A stretch of 64,000 nucleotides of DNA from positions 7,669 to 71,668 of the forward strand of contig DATLIE010000368.1 in assembly GCA_035539635.1 (NCBI GenBank). The letters run 5' to 3'. This stretch comes from Burkholderiaceae bacterium. Lineage in GTDB: Bacteria > Pseudomonadota > Gammaproteobacteria > Burkholderiales > Burkholderiaceae_C. The notes below the pieces were generated by a model that was not told the DNA's origin, did not search any database, and saw only the letters and a program-made list of their open reading frames with translations. Shown here one piece after another: positions 10,037 through 18,212 of the stretch. The translations under genes and the position numbers were made by a program. Numbering within the stretch: position 1 is the first letter of the stretch; the number at the start of each line of letters is the position of its first letter.

Positions 10037-11095
10037 TCAATGCCCGGTGGGCCCGGCATCGCCGGGAACGCGTGAGGCGCCGAAGTCGGCGTGCGAGGCA
10101 TCGATGCCGGCGAGCGCGTCGGCCACTGTGGCCGCAGCATCGTCAAGGCCCGCGGACTGAAAGATTCGTTGCGCCTCCCGATACAACGCACGCGCCTTCG
10201 CGGTGTTGCCTGGGTTGCCCAGCTCGGGGTGCTCCGGGTCGTCCGGCAGGTTGAGCAGGGCATTGGCCTTGTTGGCCGCCGTGTTGGCGTACTCCACCGG
10301 CATGTCGCGCGGGTTGCGCACCTTCAAGGCCTCGTCATACGCCTCCACTGCACGCAGGAGGTTGGCCACCGGATGGCTGCTCGGAGCGTATTGCAGCGCA
10401 TTGCCGAGGTTGTTCTGCGTCATCGCGTACTCGCTGGGGTGGTCCACCAGCGTCACGATGCCAAGCACCTCCTCGAACGACTGCACGGCGAGCGCCTCGC
10501 GCATTCGCGCACGTTCGTCGGTGGCGGGGATCGAGAGGTAGGCGATCGCCAGGTTGTTGTGCAGGATCGAGAACTCGCGTGGCCAGGCTTGTTTGGTGAA
10601 CACGCGCAGGGCGCGGTGGTAGTGCGCGATCGCCTCCTGGATCGTCGCCCGGTGAGCAGCGCAAAGAGTCTGGGTCACCAGGCCCAGGTTCATGTCGAGT
10701 TCGGCCACCTCTTCGGCCAGGCCATGGGTGGCCAGGTCGGCGCGAGCGGCCTCGAAACAGTCGCGTGCCGATTCGAGTGCGGCGGTACCGCCATCGGGCA
10801 AGGTCTGGTAGGCGGTGCCCTGGCGGGCACGAATGCGTGCCGCCAGCAGCGCGAACGTGGGTGGCACCAGCGCCAGTGCACGCTCGTACAGCGCTACCGC
10901 GTCGTGCAACTGGCGCGGCGAGCGCGGCTTGATCTGCAGACCGCGGGCGATCTCCATCAGCATCTCGGCCCGTTCCTCGGGTGCGGCGTCGCCCTCCTCG
11001 GCCAAAGCCAGCGCCGATTGCACCTCGGCGTCGGCCACCGTGAAGTGGTCTCGACCATTCGGCCTGCCCGACTCAGGCCCCGTGCTTGTCTCCAT
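10037..11095 (-). CDS. TPR-like helical-repeat protein, first gene of the hyp operon
   Basis: Repeated A-x-x-x-Y-x-x-AL helical-pair pattern (AVALYERALAL, AIAHYHRALRV, AVEAYDEALKV, ARALYREAQRI). AAGGA precedes the ATG at 11093-11095. Confidence 0.65.
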   Translation of the reverse strand: METSTGPESGRPNGRDHFTVADAEVQSALALAEEGDAAPEERAEMLMEIARGLQIKPRSPRQLHDAVALYERALALVPPTFALLAARIRARQGTAYQTLPDGGTAALESARDCFEAARADLATHGLAEEVAELDMNLGLVTQTLCAAHRATIQEAIAHYHRALRVFTKQAWPREFSILHNNLAIAYLSIPATDERARMREALAVQSFEEVLGIVTLVDHPSEYAMTQNNLGNALQYAPSSHPVANLLRAVEAYDEALKVRNPRDMPVEYANTAANKANALLNLPDDPEHPELGNPGNTAKARALYREAQRIFQSAGLDDAAATVADALAGIDASHADFGASRVPGDAGPTGH

Positions 11096-11198
11096 CTTTG
11101 TCCTTGCTGGGCCGTGGGGCCCGTGGCTGGGATCTTCTTGCGAACTACCCCGAGAGCATCGGCGACGGGCTCGAGAACGTCTACTAGGTGCGCACCTA

Positions 11199-12010
11199 AT
11201 GAAAACCAAGTTTGCTACTCAGTCCGCTGGCTCGTTCGTTGGCGCATCGCGCGGTGCGGGCCAACTTGATTGGCGCTCAACCCCCGGTGACGGGGCCGAC
11301 CGGGGCCGTGCATTGCCTCAAAACCCAGACTGAAACGAGGACTTGCGAGCCTCTCATCGCTGCTTGCCTGAGTGGCGATCGCGGTTGGCATGAAGCGTGA
11401 CTAAGAGGTGAAGACCCATCCACGCCATCCTGGGCACCTGGGGTCAAGACCAGGAGACATTCGCATGGAGTCGTTCTACGAGGTGATGCGCCGCCAGGCT
11501 GCCACTCGCTGGCCAGCGTGCGCGCGGTCGAGGACGTGCCGGGCATCAAGATCCCGAAGAACGCGCACCTGATCCACGAGACGATGGCCATGACGCTGCA
11601 GGTGCACGACCACGCGGTGCACTTCTAGCACCTGCACGCGCTGGACTGGGTCGACGTCGTCAACGCGCTGAAGGTCGATCCCAAGAAGTCAAGCGACCTG
11701 CAGCACCTGCTGTCGCCTTCGCATTCGATGTCCAGCCCCGGCTACTCCCGCGATACCCAGAACCGGCTCAAGAAGTTCTTCGACTCCGGTCAGCTCGGTC
11801 CTATCACTGGGGCAGCAAATCCTGTGCGCTGCCGCCCGGGCCAAGCTGGTGGCGGCGACGCATTACCTCGAGGCACCGGACCTACAGAAGGAGTGGGTCA
11901 AGATACACACCATCTTCGGCGGCAAGAACTCGCAACCCAACTACCTGGTGAGCGGCGTGCCTTGCGCGATCAACGGCATGGGGTCGTGGGCCGAAAAGCT
12001 GTTCGGCTAG
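11199..12010 (+). pseudogene. [NiFe]-hydrogenase large subunit (HoxG/HupL/HyaB-like) remnant covering only about the N-terminal 40%
   Basis: Own three-frame reading gives MKTKFATQ..., [52 protein letters not shown] with TAG at 11626-11628 where Tyr is expected. It continues [23 protein letters not shown]. After a frameshift it reads [45 protein letters not shown]. There are several frame changes. No C-terminal half and no small-subunit gene upstream. Confidence 0.85.
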
Positions 12011-12040
12011 GTGACTCCGCTGCACGGCCAGTCGCAGGAC

Positions 12041-12182
12041 GGGCACACCTTCCACCACTCGGCATGTGGGTGCTGATCGGGTTCGTGATCTTCCACGTCT
12101 ACGCCGCGATCCGCGAAGACATCATGGACCGCCAGATCATCTCAGCACGATCATCTCCGGCCGCCGCACGTTCAAGGACTGA
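12041..12182 (+). pseudogene. Hydrogenase cytochrome b subunit (HoxZ/HupC-like) C-terminal remnant
   Basis: [26 protein letters not shown] followed, after a frameshift, by [12 protein letters not shown]. This matches my recollection of HupC/HoxZ C-termini. Nothing of the first ~200 codons remains. Confidence 0.7.
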
Positions 12183-12239
12183 CGCGATGACGCTGCGCGC
12201 CCGCCTCACCATTGGCAGCCATGCCCGGGGGCAGCGGTG

Positions 12240-12579
12240 AACCGCAGCACCAGCCAACTGCAGCAGGCGCTGATGAACCTGGTCCAGAACGCCTACGACG
12301 CGGCTGCCGGCCCGGGCCGGGAGCAGCCGCAGTTGTGGATCGAGGTGCGGATCGAAGGCGCGTCGCTGATCGTCGCGCTGCGCGAACGGGCCAGGGACTC
12401 CGGCGCCGGACCTGGCGCGCATCTTCGACCCCTTCTTCACCACCACCGGTCGACAAGGGCACGGGTTCGGACTGTCGATTAGCTACGGCATCGTCGAGCA
12501 GCATGGCGGCGGGCTCGTCGCGGGCGCCGCGCCGGGCGGCGGCGCAGTCTTCGCAATCACGCTGCCTCTGGCTTCCTGA
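12240..12579 (+). pseudogene. Histidine kinase HATPase_c tail (possibly HoxJ/HupT-like), frameshifted and lacking the DHp/H-box
   Basis: N-box LQQALMNLVQNAYDAA and a degraded G1 region (RDSGAGP). After a frameshift: [48 protein letters not shown]. Confidence 0.75.
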
Positions 12580-12671
12580 GTGTCCCCGCTACGCAGTGTC
12601 AGCCGCGCCACCGCTTCCTGCGGCTCAAGGTGCGGCAGTTGCGTCGGCCGAAGCGTTGTCGCTCCAAAACT

Positions 12672-13955
12672 CTACAACTTCCAGAGTCGGCACCACCATT
12701 GCGGCTCGACCGGGACCGGCAGCTCGGGCAGGTCGCACCACTTCCGGTGCGGCAGGTAGTAGATGCACTCGGCGCAACGCTGTTCGACGCCACCCATCTC
12801 AACTGGCCGCGGCGCAAAGCCGCCGATGTCCAGGCGTCCCATGAGATCCTCTTCCGGAAGATCCGCGAGGCGGTCGAGAATGGCTTGGAACTCGACCTGA
12901 TTGGCCGGGAACGGCGACATCTGAGTCGCCATTCCCGAGGCCAGCAGTTCCCCGATGCGCATGCGCAGCAGGTTCAGCGCAACGCGATCCATCGCCGTCC
13001 AATCCAGTGCCGGGTTGCCGCGCGGGGGCTTGACGACCATCAGCACTTCGCGTTCGTCGAACGGTATGCGCAGGGCAGGGTAATACGGCACACGCAGAAG
13101 ATAGACCTCTCGACGCCCGATCTGCATTCGTGCCTTGCCGATGGCGCCCGGTTCGAGCCCGTACTGTTCAGCGATCGGTGCCAACGCCAGCCGGCCTTCG
13201 AAGGTCGCCGAGATTGCGCCCGCGAGCAAGGCCGATCGCGGCGCGGCGATGCCGCATCCGGCGCGCCGGTAGCTGGCGGCATGCGATTGCGCGCTCAGGT
13301 CGAACAGATCCGCGGCCAGGATCCGCTCGTCGATGTCGCAGGAAGCATGCAACAAGCTCGAAGAGCCTTCGGGCGCGCCTTGTGGTTGAGTCACTTTGCC
13401 GCCCGCGGGCTCGTGAGCGTGTGAATGCCCATGCCACGCCGCGATCAGCTTGCTCCAGAGGGACATGCTGTGCTGAGCGGGCTGCGGCCTGTTTGGATTC
13501 GTGCTCGCGCGGGTCTTGCGAACGCTCTGCAGGCGCGTGTGCACACCCCGGGCATGGACGATCGAGTCCAGCGCTGCGACGGACGCCGGAGCGTGGCGCA
13601 CGACAAGGCACAGGGCTTCCGTCGAGCCGGGCAGCCGGCTCAGTACAAGGTCGTGCTGTGGCAGCAGCAGCGACGCCGAGGTGACTCCACCGTTGGCGTC
13701 GCACTCAGCCGCGATCCGGCCGACTTCGGCGCCGATGCTGCGACCGAGCAGCGCGCGAGCAAGCATCGGCAGCAGGCTGGCATCGATGCCGAGGGCCTGA
13801 CCGGAAGCCTTTGGCGAGTCGCCGAGGGTCAGCGCCCGGCCGGTGCTGAGGTTGACCAGTGCCACCATGCCCTGGCCTTCGGTTCCGGCGATCAGCGGTG
13901 CAAGCTCCCGAGCGAGTTCGCGGCGGGGTGGAACAACACCAGCGGGAACGTTCAT
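12672..13955 (-). CDS. Hypothetical 427-aa protein with a C-terminal HiPIP-like four-cysteine signature
   Basis: GAAGGA lies about 7 nt upstream of the ATG at 13953-13955. The C-terminus is RCAECIYYLPHRKWCDLPELPVPVEPQWWCRLWKL. There is a His-rich linker (WHGHSHAHE). The N-terminal ~150 aa vaguely resemble Roadblock/LC7. No signal peptide. Confidence 0.5.
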   Translation of the reverse strand: MNVPAGVVPPRRELARELAPLIAGTEGQGMVALVNLSTGRALTLGDSPKASGQALGIDASLLPMLARALLGRSIGAEVGRIAAECDANGGVTSASLLLPQHDLVLSRLPGSTEALCLVVRHAPASVAALDSIVHARGVHTRLQSVRKTRASTNPNRPQPAQHSMSLWSKLIAAWHGHSHAHEPAGGKVTQPQGAPEGSSSLLHASCDIDERILAADLFDLSAQSHAASYRRAGCGIAAPRSALLAGAISATFEGRLALAPIAEQYGLEPGAIGKARMQIGRREVYLLRVPYYPALRIPFDEREVLMVVKPPRGNPALDWTAMDRVALNLLRMRIGELLASGMATQMSPFPANQVEFQAILDRLADLPEEDLMGRLDIGGFAPRPVEMGGVEQRCAECIYYLPHRKWCDLPELPVPVEPQWWCRLWKL

Positions 13956-14223
13956 CGGGGCATCCTTCAAGTTGCTTGGAGCGGTTGACGGGTCGATGGC
14001 GGGCATGGACGTTCGCAATGTGCGTGCCCGGGTGCCGGGTGCCTTGTGTCCTGCTCGTGATCTCCGTGATCAAGCGATGCAGCGCCTGCATTTGTGCACC
14101 TACCGTCACGAAGTTGGCCTCGCTACCTTCAGCGCATGCGCAATTGGCGTCGGTTCAACTGCAAAGGGACTTTGCGACACGGCCAACTCCTAAACTGTCT
14201 TTGCAGCGAGCGCATCGGTCTAA

Positions 14224-14483
14224 GTGACCTTGCAATCGGCCATGAATCCGGCGCGTCAACTGCCACACGCCCCACAGCACTGGCGGCATCGCGGCGCCGG
14301 CGGCGAGTTCAGAGTGGATGGGGACCCCCGCCGCGTTGGCCGCTTTGCCCCCATACAGCAGGAGGCTGACTGCGTAATAAGTGATGGCCGCGATCGCCAC
14401 AGCCCCTCGACCGTGCTCTGCAGGTGCAGGCGGATCGTTGCACCCGTTGCTGCAGACGTGCAGCTCGATAGGCCTGCCGGCAA
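14224..14483 (-). pseudogene. DUF3422-like membrane-anchored protein, C-terminal remnant with a frameshift
   Basis: RLHLQSTVEGL reads in one frame. It continues in another frame as AVAIAAITYYAVSLLLYGGKAANAAGVPIHSELAAGAAMPPVLWGVWQLTRRIHG. This matches my recollection of DUF3422 C-termini. No N-terminal part is present. Confidence 0.45.
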
Positions 14484-14603
14484 TGGTGTCGCACAGGCGC
14501 GTCCTCGAGCCGCATTGCGCGATCAGCAGCGGTAGCACCGCCCGCGCCGCCGCCGCCTCCGCCGGCGCCGACACGCCGGTGCCGAAGCGCCGGCGCTAGA
14601 ACA

Positions 14604-15248
14604 TCAGAAGCGATACCCGACACCCAAGCCGACCAGCACGGGGTCGACCTTGAGAGTGGAGAGCTTCGAGCCGCCCGACTTCAAGTCGGTACGGATCCAT
14701 GCCTTCTTGACGTCGATGTTCAAGGACCACGGGCCGCCGAGGCCGATGTCCAGCCCCGCCTGCAGGGCCGACCCGAAGCTGTTGCGGTCGAGGGTGAGCG
14801 GCCCGGTCGTGGCGTTGCCCAGCTTGACGCTGGACAGGTTCGTGTAGTTGATGCCAGCGCCGACGTAGGGACGGAACTGCCCGTCGGGGAGGAAGTGCCA
14901 CTGCACGGTCAGCGTGGGGGGCAGGGCCTTGAAAGACCCGGCATCGAATGCACCGACCGCGCTCGAAGTGACCCGCGCATCGAGCTTGGTGAAGGCCAGC
15001 ACCAGTTCGGCAGCGATCTGCTTGGTGAAGAAGTACGAGATGTCGAGCTCGGGAACCCACTTGTCCTTGACGTGAATGGCGTCCGCTGGAACGGCCAGCG
15101 AGGGAACGGGGCTGGACTTGTTCGCCGGGTCGATGTGCAGTGCGCGCACGCGAACCAGCCAGGGGCCGGTCTGCGCGTGAGCGGTCGCGGTGCCGAGCAT
15201 GGGGGCGAGGGCGAGGGCGGCGAGTGCCAGAGTTTTGGCGAGGGTCAT
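14604..15248 (-). CDS. ompW: OmpW-family outer membrane protein
   Basis: Signal peptide MTLAKTLALAALALAPMLGTATAHA, then PYVGAGINYT and the C-terminal ...VGLGVGYRF beta-barrel signature. Confidence 0.85.
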   Translation of the reverse strand: MTLAKTLALAALALAPMLGTATAHAQTGPWLVRVRALHIDPANKSSPVPSLAVPADAIHVKDKWVPELDISYFFTKQIAAELVLAFTKLDARVTSSAVGAFDAGSFKALPPTLTVQWHFLPDGQFRPYVGAGINYTNLSSVKLGNATTGPLTLDRNSFGSALQAGLDIGLGGPWSLNIDVKKAWIRTDLKSGGSKLSTLKVDPVLVGLGVGYRF

Positions 15249-15723
15249 GAGGAAAGTCTCCAAAGAGTTGTTGTCGGTCGTGGCCGAAGGCTGCGTCATG
15301 TGCGCAAGGCCAATCGGCGGGTGGGTGGCAGCGGCGCAAACGCTGTTTGCACCCAGGACATTGCGACGCAAGAAGTGCGCCCCCGCGAACGCCATGTGGC
15401 TCCCGCAGCTCCGAATGCCGGGCGCTAGGATCGATAGCGGTGATGTGGATCATCGCCGTCGGTACTGCCGATCAAAGGTGAAGTGCCTGAACGCCGTCGA
15501 CCCTGCCGAGCCGGCACAGGTGGGCGCGGTGGTGCGCGAACAGCCCGACCGTGACGACGCCGGGCCAACGGTTGATCTCACAGTCTCAAGGGCGGGAACA
15601 ACACCAGCTGCAGGGGGTTCAGGCGCGCCATGCGCCGTCGGCACTCGCCGGCGCCACCACCTGCACGCCGGCCAGGCTGCCGTTCGTCTCTAGGTGTCGG
15701 CCACGAGGCAGTTGCGGCGTCGG

Positions 15724-16719
15724 CTATCCATAGCGCAGCTCCGTCGCCTTGCCGCCGAACACGCGGTACGAGTAGATGGTGTAGGCGACGATTGCCGGCA
15801 CGGAGATGCACACGCCGACGAGCGTTACCTTCAGCGTGGCCGGGCTGCTGGCGGCCTGCCACATCGTCAGCTTGTCGATGACGACGTAGGGATAGATGCT
15901 GTAGGCCAGGCCGACGAAGCCGAGTATGAACACGGCGATCAACAGCACGAACGGCAGCCAGCACAACTCGCCGCGCACTAGGCGCGTCGGCAGCGCGCGG
16001 CGCAACACCAGCAGCGCGACCGTGGTGGTGGCGGGAATCACCACCAACGCGATGATCTGCGGCAGCTCGAACCAGCGCTCGCGCACCGTGGTGCTGATCC
16101 AGGGCGTGGCCATCGAGATCAGCACCATGCCCAGCACCACCGGCCACCAGGCCTGCCGTGCCCAGACGATGGCCTTAACTTGCAGCCCGTGCTCGGTCTT
16201 CATTACGAGCCAGGTCGCGCCCAGCAGCACGTAAGCCGCCGGCAATGTCAGCGCGATGGCGGCTGCGAACAGTGGGTAGTTCCAGCCTTCGCCGAAGCCG
16301 CTGATGTAGCGCCCCAGCATCCAGCCTTGCATCATCGACGCGAGCAAGGAGCCGCCGAAGAAGAGCCGGTTCCACGCCGCCTTGTGGCTGTCGTGCGCCT
16401 TGACGCGGAAGTCGAAGGCCACGCCGCGCAACACCAGGCCGACCAGCATCAGGGTCACGGGCAGGTAGAGCTCGGTCAAGATCAGGCCATGGGCTTTCGG
16501 GAAGGCGATCAGCAGGATGCCCACGCCGAGCACGATCCAGGTTTCATTGGCGTCCCAGAACGGCCCGATCGAGGCCACCATGATGTCCTTCTCGGCGTCG
16601 GTCGCGCGCGGCAGTAGCATGCCCACGCCCAGGTCGTAACCGTCGCTGAGCACATAGACAAGCATCGACAGGCCCATCAGGACGATGAAGATCAACGGCA
16701 GGGCTTGGTCGAAGCTCAT
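15724..16719 (-). CDS. cydB: Cytochrome bd-type quinol oxidase subunit II (short, CIO-like)
   Basis: MSFDQALPLIFIVLMGLSMLVYVLSDGYDLGVGML... and FWDANETW. The ATG overlaps the cydA stop (ATGA). Confidence 0.9.
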   Translation of the reverse strand: MSFDQALPLIFIVLMGLSMLVYVLSDGYDLGVGMLLPRATDAEKDIMVASIGPFWDANETWIVLGVGILLIAFPKAHGLILTELYLPVTLMLVGLVLRGVAFDFRVKAHDSHKAAWNRLFFGGSLLASMMQGWMLGRYISGFGEGWNYPLFAAAIALTLPAAYVLLGATWLVMKTEHGLQVKAIVWARQAWWPVVLGMVLISMATPWISTTVRERWFELPQIIALVVIPATTTVALLVLRRALPTRLVRGELCWLPFVLLIAVFILGFVGLAYSIYPYVVIDKLTMWQAASSPATLKVTLVGVCISVPAIVAYTIYSYRVFGGKATELRYG

Positions 16720-18101
16720 CGCGGCTCGCCCCCGGGGGCAGGGAACATGGCGGCGGCGGCCGGCGCGCCGCGCGGGGCGGGGATGGCCGGCGAAGTGTCC
16801 TCGGGCTTTTCGGCCATGTGCTTCAGAACGACCACGTAGGCGACGAGCAAGGCCAGGTACAGCGTCACGTAGATCGCCAGCGTGAACGCAATCATCGAGC
16901 CGGGCACGTTCGAGGCCACATCGGCCACGCGCAGCACGCTGTGGACGATGAATGGTTGGCGACCAATCTCGGTGACGTACCAACCCGCGACCGTGGCCAT
17001 CCAGCCCGAGAACGTCATGCCCACGAGAACCCAGAGCAGCGGCCGCGTCCATGCGGCGGCCCGCCAGCCGGCGCGGTGCCCCATCCACCAACCCACCCAG
17101 CTCACCAGCAGCATCAGCATGCCGACACCAACCATGATGCGGAACGCCCAGAACACCGGCGCCACGGGCGGGTGCCGATCGCGGAACTCGTCGAGGCCCC
17201 TGATCTCGCCGTCCCACTCGTGCGTGAGGATGAGGCTGGCCCCTTTGGGAATGCCGACCTCGTAGCGGTTGCTGCGTGTGGCCGCGTCGGGCCAGGCAAA
17301 CAGCAGCAGCGGCGCACCGCGCTCGGTCTGCCATATGCCTTCCATCGCCGCCACCTTCTGCGGCTGATGCTTGAGCGTGTTCAAGCCGTGCAGATCACCG
17401 ACGAACATCTGAACTGGGATCAGCAGTGCCGCACAGGTGACGCCGACGCGCAGCACGCGCGGAGCCATCTCCGGAGTCGAACCGCGCAGCACCTGCCATG
17501 CGCTCACGCCCGCCAGCACGAAGGCACAGGTCAACCCCGAAGCCAGCAGCACGTGGGCGAAGCGGTAGGGGAACGAGGGGTTGAGGATGATCCCGGCCCA
17601 GCTCTTGACGTGGAACACGCCCTCAACGATCTCGTGCCCGGCGGGCGTCTGCATCCACGAGTTGAGCACCAGGATCCAGAATGCGCTCACAGTGGTGCCG
17701 AAAGCGACGAAGAAGGTCGCGAAGGCATGGACGCGCTCGCTCACGCGCCCGTGACCGAAAAGCATGATGCCGAGGAAGCCCGCTTCCAGGAAGAAGGCGG
17801 TCAGCACCTCGTAGCCCAGCAGTGGGCCGGCGACGTTGCCGGCGCGCTCCATGAAACCGGGCCAGTTTGTGCCGAACTGGAAGCTCATCGTCACGCCGCT
17901 GACCACGCCCAGTGCGAAGGTCAGCGCGAACACCTTGGTCCAGAAGCGGTAGGCCGCCAGCCAAGCGGTGTGCTGCGTCCGGCGCCAGCGCCAGCGGAAG
18001 AACATCAGCAACCAGCCCAGCGCGATGGTGATCGACGGGAACAGGATGTGGAAGGTGATGTTGGCTGCGAACTGCGCACGTGCCAGAAGGAGCGGGTCCA
18101 T
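16716..18101 (-). CDS. cydA: Cytochrome bd-type quinol oxidase subunit I (short Q-loop, CIO-like)
   Basis: MDPLLLARAQFAANITFHILFPSITIALG..., GYEVLTAFFLEAGFLGIM. 461 aa, shorter than E. coli-type CydA. Confidence 0.9.
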   Translation of the reverse strand: MDPLLLARAQFAANITFHILFPSITIALGWLLMFFRWRWRRTQHTAWLAAYRFWTKVFALTFALGVVSGVTMSFQFGTNWPGFMERAGNVAGPLLGYEVLTAFFLEAGFLGIMLFGHGRVSERVHAFATFFVAFGTTVSAFWILVLNSWMQTPAGHEIVEGVFHVKSWAGIILNPSFPYRFAHVLLASGLTCAFVLAGVSAWQVLRGSTPEMAPRVLRVGVTCAALLIPVQMFVGDLHGLNTLKHQPQKVAAMEGIWQTERGAPLLLFAWPDAATRSNRYEVGIPKGASLILTHEWDGEIRGLDEFRDRHPPVAPVFWAFRIMVGVGMLMLLVSWVGWWMGHRAGWRAAAWTRPLLWVLVGMTFSGWMATVAGWYVTEIGRQPFIVHSVLRVADVASNVPGSMIAFTLAIYVTLYLALLVAYVVVLKHMAEKPEDTSPAIPAPRGAPAAAAMFPAPGGEPR

Positions 18102-18212
18102 CGAATGGATCGAGTGGGGTTCGGTTGTGAGGCGCGGGCTGAAATCACACCGTCGCGATGCGCATCAGGTTCGTCGCGTTGCGGTGACGGCGCATGCTGG
18201 GACGCTCACGCT

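Noticed and set aside
10815-11333. 172-aa plus-strand ORF
   Set aside because: Its 5' part is antisense to the TPR-like gene. Its 3' part is merely the degenerate N-terminus of the large-subunit pseudogene.
14155-14574. 139-aa ORF as an intact gene
   Set aside because: Only its middle resembles a known family (the DUF3422 C-terminus). The preceding conserved motif lies in another frame. I interpret it as a pseudogene fragment.
15250-15720. Possible gene or cydX-like small ORF downstream of cydB
   Set aside because: The ORFs here lack SD sequences, hydrophobic CydX-like character and any recognisable motif. I left the region unannotated.
18155-18168. FNR/Anr-like box (cTGATgcgcATCgc; core GATGCGCATC is a perfect 10-bp palindrome) about 60 nt upstream of cydA
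   Set aside because: It matches only about 7 of the 10 consensus positions of TTGAT-n4-ATCAA. It could be chance in GC-rich DNA. I note it but do not call it.
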